A DNA stretch of 38,621 nt from Patescibacteria group bacterium (GTDB lineage: Bacteria; Patescibacteriota; WWE3; UBA101185; UBA10185), in the NCBI GenBank assembly GCA_026004595.1, contig BPJL01000009.1, positions 1-38,621 of the forward strand, given 5' to 3'. The notes beneath the pieces were generated by a model. It made no database searches and was not told the origin of the DNA. It saw nothing but the letters and a program-made list of their open reading frames with translations. The position numbers and the translations under genes were made by a program. Each line of letters begins with the position of its first letter. The stretch's first letter is position 1. Of this stretch, positions 8,142-17,339 are shown one piece after another.

Positions 8142-9033
8142 ATGGCAGACGAACCTACTCCCAAAGATATAGAACTTGTTGATCAAATTCCGCCATTTGG
8201 CGAAGAACCTCAAAAAACTGTTGAAGAAACTCCCCAAGAAAAACCACAAGAGACTGAAGAAAAAATAAAAGAAGAAATCAAAGAAGAACCCTGTTGACGA
8301 AACTAAAAAAAGAACCGCTGAACAATTCAATAAATTAAAGGAACACAACCAAGAACTAAAAGAAAAGGTAAGACCAATATGAAGATGTTTTATCTTCGCT
8401 TCAACCCAAAATTCCCGAAAATCCTCTTGAGGGTATAGAATTGCCGCCTATTTCCCACAAATTCCTCCTGAACAGGTTGTCTATAATCCGCCACCCCGCC
8501 AGTCAATTTCCTCATCTGGGGGAAAAAGGAGTAAAGGACATCTTTGAGCAGTTGGTTGACGATGAGGGTGCGGTGGATAGGGATTTGCTTCTTGAGAACC
8601 CTGAGAAAGCAAGAAGAAAGAGCGAGAATAGCTGAACAACAAAGCGAAAGAAGCAGAAGAAGCGGTCAGACGAGCTGAGAGGAAGTTTGACGATTTTCAA
8701 AGAAAAGCCATAATGAGAGAAGTTCACGCTAAATACCCCCAGATTGACCCCGAAAGTGACCAGTTTAATGAAACTATGTGGGTAGCCGTGAGGAATGAAA
8801 TAATTGGACAATGGAGTGAAACGGGGGTGGAAGACCCGATGGCTGCAGCTGACAAGTGGTATAAAATCTTATACGGAAAGAAAGATAAAGAGGATGTTGA
8901 AGAAAAAAAGGCTCAAATCAATGCGACAATTAGTCAGGCTCCAAGATCTCCAACCACTAAAGACCATTCCCAAAAACTACGAACTGGAACTCTTCAAGAC
9001 CAAGCAGAAGTACTAGAAGAGATGGGCTATTGA
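8142..9033 (+). CDS. scaffolding protein candidate (at least 3 frame breaks)
   Basis: Acidic, helical, low-complexity protein (MADEPTPKDIELVDQ..EEKIKEEIKEE.., ..AERKFDDFQRKAIMREVHAKYPQIDPESDQFNETMW..) lying between portal and capsid genes. Pieced together from several frames. Confidence 0.5.
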
Positions 9034-9065
9034 AAACCCCAAAGTTTTTTCTTCACAATTAAACT
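9030..9065 (+). promoter_or_regulatory. late promoter-like cassette (capsid copy, followed by a long leader)
   Basis: TTGAAA(ACC) at 9030-9035, 18-nt spacer, CACAAT at 9054-9059, TAAACT. No ATG follows; a leader of about 100 nt follows instead. Confidence 0.5.
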
Positions 9066-9166
9066 GCATAGTAGTCTGATGCTCCGACTATAAACTGAGC
9101 AAATTCTTACCGAATCTATGCAACCCTACCGACGGGTTAGAAACGGTAAGAAAGGAGGTGAGCAAA
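9066..9166 (+). promoter_or_regulatory. structured 5' leader of the capsid gene with strong SD
   Basis: Hairpins TAGTC (9072-9076)/GACTA (9086-9090), CTTACCG (9106-9112)/CGGTAAG (9144-9150), and nested AACCC (9122-9126)/GGGTT (9134-9138). SD AGGAGGTG at 9153-9160. Confidence 0.4.
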
Positions 9167-10097
9167 ATGGCTTGGGGTAAAACAACTTATCAATCACCAA
9201 ATGAGGCTAGAGAATCTGTCTTAAGCATTATGAGAGACATCTCTCCTAATGAAGACAATTACTTTGTCTCTAACCTTGCAGTTGGTGCCCCTGCGATGAA
9301 CACTCTTCACCAGTGGAATATCTTCCACGAATCAAGAGTTTCATCTGTTACGGCCTGTAGTTGAGGGTGCTGATCCTAGCTATCCCGATCTGCAAGCTGA
9401 ACAAAGGGCAACCAACTACACCGTATTGGTGGATGCTCCTGTTAGACTTTCAAGCACTAAGGCTTCTATCGCTTCTGTTACTGGCGAAAAGCCGTTAGCG
9501 GTTGAAAAAGCTCGTGCCTTGAGAAGGCTAAAGAACAAAATGGAGTATCTTCTCATCAATGGAACAGCAGCAGCTGGTGATACTGGTACTGCTAGAGGTA
9601 TGGCGGGTATTGATGCGTTTATTACATCTAATGTAACCGCTAGAGCCTCTGGGACATCCTTTACAGAACAAGAGTTGAACGACATCATTCAGCAATCTTG
9701 GGACGCTGTAGGAAATTCCTATGTGGCTGATTTGATTGTTGCTCCTGTTGTTATTAAGAGGAGAATAGCTAGCTTTGGAACTAATTTGACCAGAACCATT
9801 CCCGCAGCTGATAAGAGGCTGACTAATGAGGTTAGGGTCTACGATTCCGAAGTTGGCCAGACAGTCAAAGTCATTGCTCACAAGGATGTTAGATCAGCTG
9901 CAGGAACATTGACTGTTCTTGCTATCCGTGAGGACTTGAGCCAGATGGCATTCTTAACAGGCGGAAATGAACCGCACTGGGAAGAATTCTCAAAGACTGG
10001 ATACTCCGTTAAGGGAGCTTATGTAACCGAATTTACCTACGTGGACCTTAACGAAAAGGCTAACGTAAAGAGGACAGGTTACTCAACAGGTCTGTAA
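9167..10097 (+). CDS. major capsid protein (one frame break)
   Basis: RESVLSIMRDISPNEDNYF..NTLHQW then VVEGADPSY..LAVEKARALRRLKNKMEYLLINGT. This matches the pattern I associate with the DUF5309/SU10-like capsid family. Strong SD, terminator downstream. The break (frame 2 to 0) lies within 9300-9364, most likely near 9350-9360. Confidence 0.7.
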
Positions 10098-10120
10098 TTT
10101 AGACTTGTTGTTCTTTTAGG

Positions 10121-10157
10121 CTGGGGGGAAGTGGTAAATCCCCCCAGTTGCTTTTTT
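10121..10157 (+). terminator. rho-independent terminator after the capsid gene
   Basis: CTGGGGGGA (10121-10129) pairs perfectly with TCCCCCCAG (10139-10147). 9-nt loop, then TTGCTTTTTT. Confidence 0.8.
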
Positions 10158-10158
10158 G

Positions 10159-10167
10159 TGATATAAT
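10159..10167 (+). promoter_or_regulatory. extended -10 promoter (TGATATAAT) heading the glycosylation island
   Basis: TG-a-TATAAT at 10159-10167, immediately after the terminator. ATG 10176 lies 8 nt downstream and has no SD. Confidence 0.4.
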
Positions 10168-10175
10168 AAAAATTG

Positions 10176-10556
10176 ATGGAAGAATACGAAATTGTGCCCC
10201 CTCATTATGTAGTATCTTCTAAGATGATAATAGATTTATGGGAGAAACTTGGTAAACCACAAAATCCATTTAGCAATTCAGGAAGAAAAGTTTTAGATTT
10301 TATTATTGAAGTTTGGAAAGAACTTTACCCCAATGATTATGAAAACTGGCTTGCTATTAGAAGCGATTATAAAAAATCAGAGCTTTCTATCGAGGAACAG
10401 GTAAGAAAAGAAACTGGAAGAAGTCTTGCTTCATATCCGATGTTTGTTTATAAAGTAATGAAGGTTGTGTTCCCAAACTTTGATCCAGCGGAAAGAAAGA
10501 ATTGTATGAGAATGGCAAAACTTTATCCTATTTTTAGGTTTGCTAATAAGCTATGA
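10176..10556 (+). CDS. hypothetical protein (first gene of the island)
   Basis: ORF 10173-10556; ATG at 10176. No motif recognised. Confidence 0.5.
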   Translation: MEEYEIVPPHYVVSSKMIIDLWEKLGKPQNPFSNSGRKVLDFIIEVWKELYPNDYENWLAIRSDYKKSELSIEEQVRKETGRSLASYPMFVYKVMKVVFPNFDPAERKNCMRMAKLYPIFRFANKL

Positions 10557-11759
10557 AAATAGCGTTTTGGTGTCATTACAAAAGGAGATAGCGAACTACC
10601 TTCCTTAAAACGACTTGTTAGAAGCATTAAGGATTATGTTGATGGAATTTTTATTTACCGCAAACCACGAGCATACGGAAACCAAAAAGTGGTGCGAGGA
10701 AAACAATCTAAACTTTTCTTATCTTAAATGGAACGATAATTTTTCCGAACAAAGGAACTTCAATTTCAACCAAGCTAAGGGTTATGATTTCGTGCTTTGG
10801 GGCGGATTCTGATGATGTTATTGTTGGCGGCGAAAAAATAAGAGACATAGCCTCAAGAGCCAAAAAGATGGGAATGGATTGTGTGTTCTTTGATTATTGG
10901 TATGGCTGCGACTTTGATGGAGAGCCGTCTTTAGAAACCTTAAAGAATGTTGACATTATTCAGCAAAGAGAAAGGCTTATAGATCCGCAGGTTTATGTTT
11001 GGAAGAAAAGAATCCACGAAACGCCTGTTCCTGTTGAAAACTACGAACCTAAATACACTTATGCTTCTTATAAAGATAATGGGGTTGTTTGGGTTCATTT
11101 AGGGGCTGATAGAAATATGCCGATGGGAAGATCAGCTCAAAAGAATGGATAGAAACCAACGACTTCTTGAAATGGAACTTAAAGAAGAAAGAGAGAAAGG
11201 GGAGGCTGACCCCAGAACCCTGCTTTATCTTATGAAGATTTATGCTGAAAGAAAAGACGAAAACCTTTGGAAAGAGTGTATAAAGATGGGTTATGAGTAT
11301 TTGGAGAAAAGCGGTTGGGACGCTGAAAGGGCTTTAGCTTGCAGTCTAATGGCAAGGTGTATGGGAAATTTAGGAAATCACTTGGAGGCACGTGAGTTTT
11401 TTGGGTAAAGCAGTTTTAGAGTATCCTTACTCGTCGCTTCTTTTACTTTTATCTGTCTAAAGCTTGTTTTAATCTTGGTAAATATCGGGAGATGGAGCAT
11501 TGGCTTAAGGTGGGGCCTTAAGATTGAAGATGAAAAAGTATCAAGCCAAACTTCAAATGAACTGGAAAAGAAAATCATATCAGCTGAGCTTGCTTTAAGA
11601 CTTTATTTTTATGTTAAAAGAGACATTAGAAAGGCTATGAAAGCGGCTAGGTTGCTTTATCAAGCTTTGCCTAACGAAGAAAACAAAGAAATGCTTGATA
11701 GCGTCTCTGCACTTTATAACCTTGATATTGCTTCTGAACACATTCACAAAATTTGTTGA
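10553..11759 (+). CDS. GT-A (family 2-like) glycosyltransferase with TPR-like helical C-terminal region (multiple frame breaks)
   Basis: Reconstructed ..VVITKGDSELPSLKRLVRSIKDYVDGIFI..WNDNFSEQRNFNFNQAKGYDFVLWADSDDV.. with a DxD-type DSDD. This is followed by TPR-like LLYLMKIYAERKDENLWKECIKMGYEYLEKSGW.. ATG 10553 overlaps the previous stop. The 3' boundary is uncertain and it may be fused to the next domain. Confidence 0.55.
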
Positions 11760-12888
11760 ATATCTGGAATTGACAGAAAAGGAAAATCTTATTCCTAATT
11801 TTATTCAAATCTTTACCTCCTGAAAATCAAAGCCCTGCCTTTTACTTGGCATTATAAAAACAAATATAGTAGTAGAACTTGGGGAGAAGATGAAATTTGT
11901 TATTATGCCTCCTTTGGGTCCGATCATTACGAGAAGTGGGGTCCTGAAAGCTTAAAAAAAGGAATTGGGGGGTCGGAAACTGCGGTAATTAAGCTTTCTG
12001 AAGAATGGGCTAAAATGGGGTGGAAGGTTACAGTTTATGCCGATTGTGTAGCTGAAAAGGTTGTTAATGGGGTTAGGTGGTTGCCTTATAAGATGTTTAA
12101 TCCTAGAGATAATTTTAATATTTTTATTCAATGGAGATCGTCTCATTTAGCGGGTAAAATCAAGGCTAGGAAGTTTTTGGTTGATTTACACGATGTATTT
12201 TCTCCTAAAGCTATTAAATGGGATAATGTAGATTATGTAATGGTTAAAAGCCAAGCTCATAGAAACTTGGCTAAAAATATCAAAGATGGAAAGTTTAAAA
12301 ATCATCTCAAACGGTATCTAGACATCATAGACTTTTTTGGGGGTCAAGTTATGACCGGGGATTGCAGTATCTTTTGTTTATGTGGTCTGATATTAAAAAA
12401 GCATATCCTGATGCTGAACTCCATATTTGTTATGGCTGGCAGACTTTTGACAAAATCAATGCAGGCAACCCTGAAAGAATGGAGTGGAAAAGAATGATGG
12501 AGACCTTAATGCAACAAGAAGGGATTTATCATTATGGCAGGTTAGGCAAGGAAGATTTGGCAATTGTGAGAAGGTCTTGTGGAATACTTGCGTATTCTAC
12601 TGACTTTTTCGAGATAAACTGTATAACTGCTCTTGACGCCTGCAACGATGGTCTTGTGCCAGTAACTATTGATTACGGAGCCTTAAATGAAACCGCTAAA
12701 CCCGGAATATTGATTAAGGGTGATATTAGAAAAGAAGAAACCACAAAAAAAGTATTTAGCAGAACTTTTGTCTTTAATGGGTGATAAAAAAAAGATGGAA
12801 AAGGTTGTCTCGTGAATGTCAGAAACACGCTGTTAAATATCAATGGAGTAATATAGCCAAACAATGGGATAGTGTTTTTAGAGAACCA
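11760..12888 (+). CDS. GT-B (GT4/group 1-like) glycosyltransferase segment (multiple frame breaks)
   Basis: KKGIGGSETAVIKLSEEWAKMGWKVTVYAD (GGSE N-terminal motif) and FFEINCITALDACNDGLVPV (E-x7-E-type region). The C-terminal tail ..KYQWSNIAKQWDSVF runs without a stop into the next GT2 domain. Confidence 0.55.
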
Positions 12889-13834
12889 GTTAAAGATATA
12901 AAGGTAACAGTTTATACACCGACTATTAGGGAAGGTTGGTGGAACATAATGTCTGATAATCTTTCAAAACAAACTTATAAAAACTTTGAATGGATTATCG
13001 TTGACGATTATCGGGAAGATAGAACACAAATAGCTCAAAAATACGCCCAAAAATATAACCTTGATATTAAATACATTCGTGGGGATAAGGCTTTGGGAAA
13101 ACACAATCGCAGGCTGGGGTCTTGTAAGAGCAAAATAATATTGCTTGGAAAAATGCTAATGGCGAATTGATTGTGTTTTTGCAAGACTTTGTTTTAATTC
13201 CTGAAAATGGTATTGAAAATCTTGTGGATTTATATAGACACAATAAAGACGCTTTGATAGCACCTGTTGATGTCTATTATTTTGCTGCAAAAGCAGATAA
13301 AACAAACAAAGAAGACTGGTGGAATGGAAAGACTGATATTTTATTGGAGGAAGATTGGAGAAATGCAAGGGTTAGGTTTGGTGGAATTAGAGAAAGTGAT
13401 AATCCTTTTGACTGGGAGGCTAATTATGGAGCAATACCGAAGCATATTTTAGATGAACTAAATGGATTTTGGGAGTTTATTGACGACGGGGCTGGGGTAT
13501 GATAATACTGAAATTTGTTTTAGAGCAATAGAGCTTGGATACAGGCTTTTGATAGATGATAGCAATATAGCAAAATGCATAAACATTTGGGGAGAGGTTG
13601 GAGGGACTTTCGCAAAATATTTTAAGCAGAGAAAGAATGCTAAATCCACCACGGTATAAGTATTTGGTAGAGGAAACAAAGAAAGGAACACTTCCTGTTG
13701 TCAGAGATGAACAATTAGATAAAAAGATTAAACTTGATTTTGAGGTTCCAAAAGATATTAAAGATGAAGATTGTGCTGAATGGATTAGTAAACATACGGA
13801 TGAGATAGTAAGGAGGTGGAGAGAATGCCGTTGA
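12889..13834 (+). CDS. GT-A (family 2-like) glycosyltransferase segment (multiple frame breaks)
   Basis: KVTVYTPTIREGWWNIMSDNLSKQTYKNFEWIIVDD (classic GT2 N-terminus), then ..GELIVFLQDFVLIPENGIENL.. It lies in the same ORF (12781-13170) as the GT4 tail, so the two are probably fused. Confidence 0.55.
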
Positions 13835-14268
13835 TAGTTATAACGATTGGCACTTTTGATTTACTGCATACTGGACACCTGCGATTATTCAAAAAATGCA
13901 GGAAAATAGCTGGGGATAGTGGTGTTGTTGTTGTGGGTTTAAATACTGATGAGTTTGTCGCAAAGTTTAAAGGTAAAAGACCAATTCTTTCTTATAAGGA
14001 AAGGGAAGATTTAATTATGGAAACAGGATTGGTTGATAAAATTTATCCTAATTCACAGCCAGATGGGACGATTAAGGATGTTATTAAAAAATCAAAACCA
14101 GATATAATAGTTGTGGGTTCAGATTGGGCTAGGAAAGATTATCTTGCACAAATAGGGTTGGATTGGGATTATTTGGATAAGAATAAAATCTGGCTTTGTT
14201 ATGTAAATTACGAGTGGTCTATATCAACTACCGAACTCAAAAGAAGACTAAATGAGAATTCTTTTTAA
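13825..14268 (+). CDS. cytidylyltransferase, TagD-like (glycerol-3-phosphate cytidylyltransferase family)
   Basis: IGTFDLLHTGHLRLF (HxGH), ..NTDEF.., ..VGSDW.., ..WSISTTELKRRL (RTxGISTT-like). The whole protein aligns by eye with B. subtilis TagD. SD AGGAGGTGG precedes ATG 13825. The gene is intact. Confidence 0.75.
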   Translation: MPLIVITIGTFDLLHTGHLRLFKKCRKIAGDSGVVVVGLNTDEFVAKFKGKRPILSYKEREDLIMETGLVDKIYPNSQPDGTIKDVIKKSKPDIIVVGSDWARKDYLAQIGLDWDYLDKNKIWLCYVNYEWSISTTELKRRLNENSF

Positions 14269-14278
14269 AATTATATCA

Positions 14279-15387
14279 ATGAAAGTTATAGAATACAAGC
14301 TATAATCCTAACAAAACACACCTTGCCAAACTTGAATTTACTCTTGAACAAGCTCGTCTTTTGTATAATGAAGCGTTAAAACAAAGGATAACTAGCTGGA
14401 AAGAAAATCAAAAAAGATTAAATTATTATGACCAAACCAAGTTTTTTAAGAGTAAATATCCTATTTCGGCAATGCTTACTCAATGTGTATTAAAAAGACT
14501 AGATACTACCTATCAAAGATTTTTCAAAAGAATTAATAACTTTCCAAGATTTAAGGTCAAAAAATAGGTTTCGTAGTATTGATATACGCCAGTGGGGATT
14601 AAATGCCTCATTGAAAGATGGAAAACTAAGATATGACAAAATGTTAATTAGAACATCTAACCATAGAGAGCTAGAGGGCACACCAAAAACGGGGAGGATT
14701 GTAAAAAGAGCTGATGGTTGGTATCTGCAAGTAGTTTGTGATGTTGGTGCTAAAAAAACCTAAAGCAAAAATAAAAACTGCTATTGGACTAGATATGGGA
14801 TTAAAATATCTAGTAGCCGACAGTGAGGGTAACATTATACAAGCACCTAAAATGTTTAGAAAAACAGAAGCTAAATTAGCTAAACAACAAAAAGTGTTAA
14901 GCAGACGAGTTAAAGGTAGCAATAGTTGGATGAAAGCAAAGGAAGCTGTTGCAAAAAACACATCTAAAAATATCAAGACAGCGAAAAGATTTTCTCCATA
15001 AGATTTCCTATAAGTATGCTCAATATGATTTAATTGCGGTTGAAAAATTAAACATTAAAGGAATGTTAAAAAAATCATCATTTAGCGAAAAGTATTTCTG
15101 ACGCAAGTTGGAATATGCTTCTACGGCTAATACGCTACAAAGCTGCGAATGCTGGTAGCTATTTTGTAGAAGTAAATCCAAAATACACAAGTCAGAAATG
15201 TAGCGGTTGTGGTGCGATTATTCAAAAAATCGCTCAGTGTCAGGACACATATTTGTCTGAATGTTCTCTGATAATAGATAGAGACCACAACGCTTCGTTA
15301 AATATTTTAAGGGCAGGAATTGCCCTTGGTGGAGAGATGGGATTGCCCATCTCGTTGAAACCAGAAGCCACTAAGTCTTTAGCTTAG
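14279..15387 (+). CDS. tnpB: TnpB (OrfB) RNA-guided nuclease family protein (at least 5 frame breaks)
   Basis: MKVIEYKL..NPNKTHLAKLEFTLEQARLLYNEAL.., FPRFKVKK. RuvC motifs IGLDMG, IAVEKLNIKGM and DRDHNASLNIL. Zn finger CSGCG. RKDFLHKISYKYA is restored by a shift at the A6 run 14953-14958. Confidence 0.8.
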
Positions 15388-15480
15388 TGGTAGTTCACCA
15401 GAAGACAGAATAATAGGTGAAGAGCTAGGGCCCTAGCTTTTAGCTTCAAGAAAAAAACTAGCCCCTAGCTTTTTGAAGTT
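15340..15480 (+). ncRNA. candidate omega-RNA / right-end region of the tnpB element
   Basis: Perfect 8-bp hairpin CCACTAAG (15368-15375)/CTTAGTGG (15383-15390) spans the tnpB stop. 16-nt palindrome AGCTAGGGCCCTAGCT at 15423-15438. Imperfect hairpin CTTCAAGAAAAAAACTAG-CCC-CTAGCTTTTTGAAG at about 15444-15478. The boundaries are guesses. Confidence 0.35.
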
Positions 15481-15506
15481 TTATTAGGATTTCACCATAC
15501 TTGTCA

Positions 15507-16116
15507 ATGCACCCAAATCCGTTGGGTAGAGATAAAGATGTAATAATAGATAGGTGTCTTAATTCTTTTTTAGAGGCAAATGATTCTAAATTTCCTATAA
15601 CCTTTGTCGTTTGACGGTCTTAATGATAAATGGATAGCAAGATTGAAAAAGCTTGGAGATGTTGTTTTTTCTTCTCACGGAAATGTTGAGACATTTCATA
15701 AACAACTTGATTTGGCGTGTGAGACAAAAGACGAAAAAGTTTTGTTTTGTGAAGATGATTATTTATGGAGACCAAATACAATTTCTTTATTGGATAGAGC
15801 ATTAGACAAATTCCAAATTGTTTCTCCTTATGACCACCCCGGACATTATAGAGAAGAAAGATTTAATTATCCTAAAAAAATGGTTGAATTAGATGGGGTT
15901 GTATATAGAGAAGCTCCGTCTAACACTTTGACTTTTGCTTGTAGAACGAATATTATTAAAGAGAATTTATTGGTTATTAAATCTTTTGGAATAAGAGACC
16001 ATGAATTATTTACGGAGTTGCGTAAAAGAGGATACGAAATGTTTGTGCCAGTATATAGTTTTGCAACTCACTTGGTTGAAGGATTGTTAGCACCTAATGT
16101 TGATTGGAAATTATGA
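15507..16116 (+). CDS. putative GT-A fold glycosyltransferase (one frame break; N-terminus possibly clipped)
   Basis: ..HPNPLGRDKDVIIDRCLNSFLEAN..KVLFCEDDYLWRPNT..IVSPYDHPGHY.. with an EDD acidic motif. The frame is open back to TGA 15474-15476 (SFIRISPYLS) with no earlier ATG. The break lies near 15600. Confidence 0.45.
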
Positions 16117-16672
16117 AAATCAGCCTAGTCATTCCGCATTACGAGGTTAATCTTGAAAAAAGAGAGCTACTGCTTCGTTGCTTGTCTTCAGTTGCTGGTC
16201 AGTATGATGAGCTTATTATCATTGCAGAGAAAAGATTTAATTTAGCTTCAAAAATAAACGACGGTTTAAGAAAAACAAGCGGGGAATTTATTATTGTTTC
16301 AAATGACGATATTAAACTTATAAAAGGAACTTTGTCTGATTTGTGCGATGAAAATTGTTGTTACAACCCCTACGGTAGTCGGTTCGTTAGATAAACTTTT
16401 TCACGGACATATGTGGTGTATGCCGAGAAAGATCTTTAACGAAGTTGGCTTGATGTATGAGGGTTATAACGGATTTTTACTTTGATGATAGTGATTATTG
16501 GATGATGATTGAAAGTAAAGGCTTTAATGTGGTTAAAAAGAAAGATGTTGTAATTCTTCACGAACACCCAGCTTCTACCCTAAAACATTTAGTCAAAGAG
16601 GGACAGCAAGACGAAAATAAACAAATCTTTATCTCCAGATGGGGCGTTGATTCCTTAAAAAAAGTTTTGTAA
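16113..16672 (+). CDS. GT-A (family 2-like) glycosyltransferase (two frame breaks)
   Basis: MKISLVIPHYEVNLEKRELLLRCLSSV..GEFIIVSNDDIKL (DxD-type NDD), ..HGHMWCMPRKIFNEVG.., ..FYFDDSDYWMM.. ATG 16113 overlaps the previous stop (ATGA). Confidence 0.6.
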
Positions 16673-16674
16673 GT

Positions 16675-16710
16675 TTGAAAACCAAATAAACCTTCTTTCA
16701 TAATTAGGGT
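16675..16710 (+). promoter_or_regulatory. late promoter-like cassette, ends at ATG 16711
   Basis: TTGAAA(ACC) at 16675-16680, 18-nt spacer, CATAAT at 16699-16704, TAGGGT, then ATG. Confidence 0.55.
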
Positions 16711-17325
16711 ATGCAAACCCTAGAAGATATACTTAAAGCATCGGCTTCCACACTTGATTTGGATACCTCTTTGCCCACTGGCAATGAGTTGACAAACTCG
16801 TATCAACTTTGCCAACCAAGCAATTTGGGACGCCTTAAGTGTGGGTTTTGTTCCTGAACTTAAAAGTGAATATCTTGTATATGCTACAGGGGCCACTGTT
16901 CCTTTACCTACTAATTTTTATGCGATGTCTTCAAATCCGAGAATTTATAGTAATGGCTGGCTTGAATATCCAGAAATCGAAGCAGAAGAAAAATATACTC
17001 TTGATAGTGGTGATAGATTTTCTTATGTTTTAGGAACGCCACAAGCCAAAAATCTTATTCTCAACTCACCAGTTGAAGGAACTTTGTCTTTGATATACCA
17101 AAAGATACCCTCAAGGCTTTGCTACTTTAACTGATGTTTGTGAACTACCCGACCCGATGTATGTGATCAGAAAGATTGAAGCTTATGTTCTTTACTCAAG
17201 AGGGTGATGACAGATTCCAAATCGCTCAAGCGGAGGCGGAAAAGTATCTCCTTAATATGATGGGAACTTCGTATAAAAGCTCTGGCGGAAAGACGAGATT
17301 TGTTAGTAGCAAGTTTAGACCTTAA
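16711..17325 (+). CDS. head-tail adaptor/connector-like structural protein (about 3 frame breaks)
   Basis: About 200 aa pieced from three frames (MQTLEDILKASASTLDLD.., ..LANQAIWDALSVGFVPELKSEY.., ..FQIAQAEAEKYLLNMMG..). The call rests on position and size only. Confidence 0.35.
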
Positions 17326-17339
17326 TAAAGTTGTATGAT

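Larger units (their letters stand above)
14279..15480 (+). mobile_element. IS200/IS605-family tnpB-only element (no tnpA, no obvious left end)
   Basis: A tnpB gene followed by about 95 nt of palindrome-rich non-coding DNA. Only 10 nt separate the tagD-like stop from the tnpB ATG. Confidence 0.55.
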
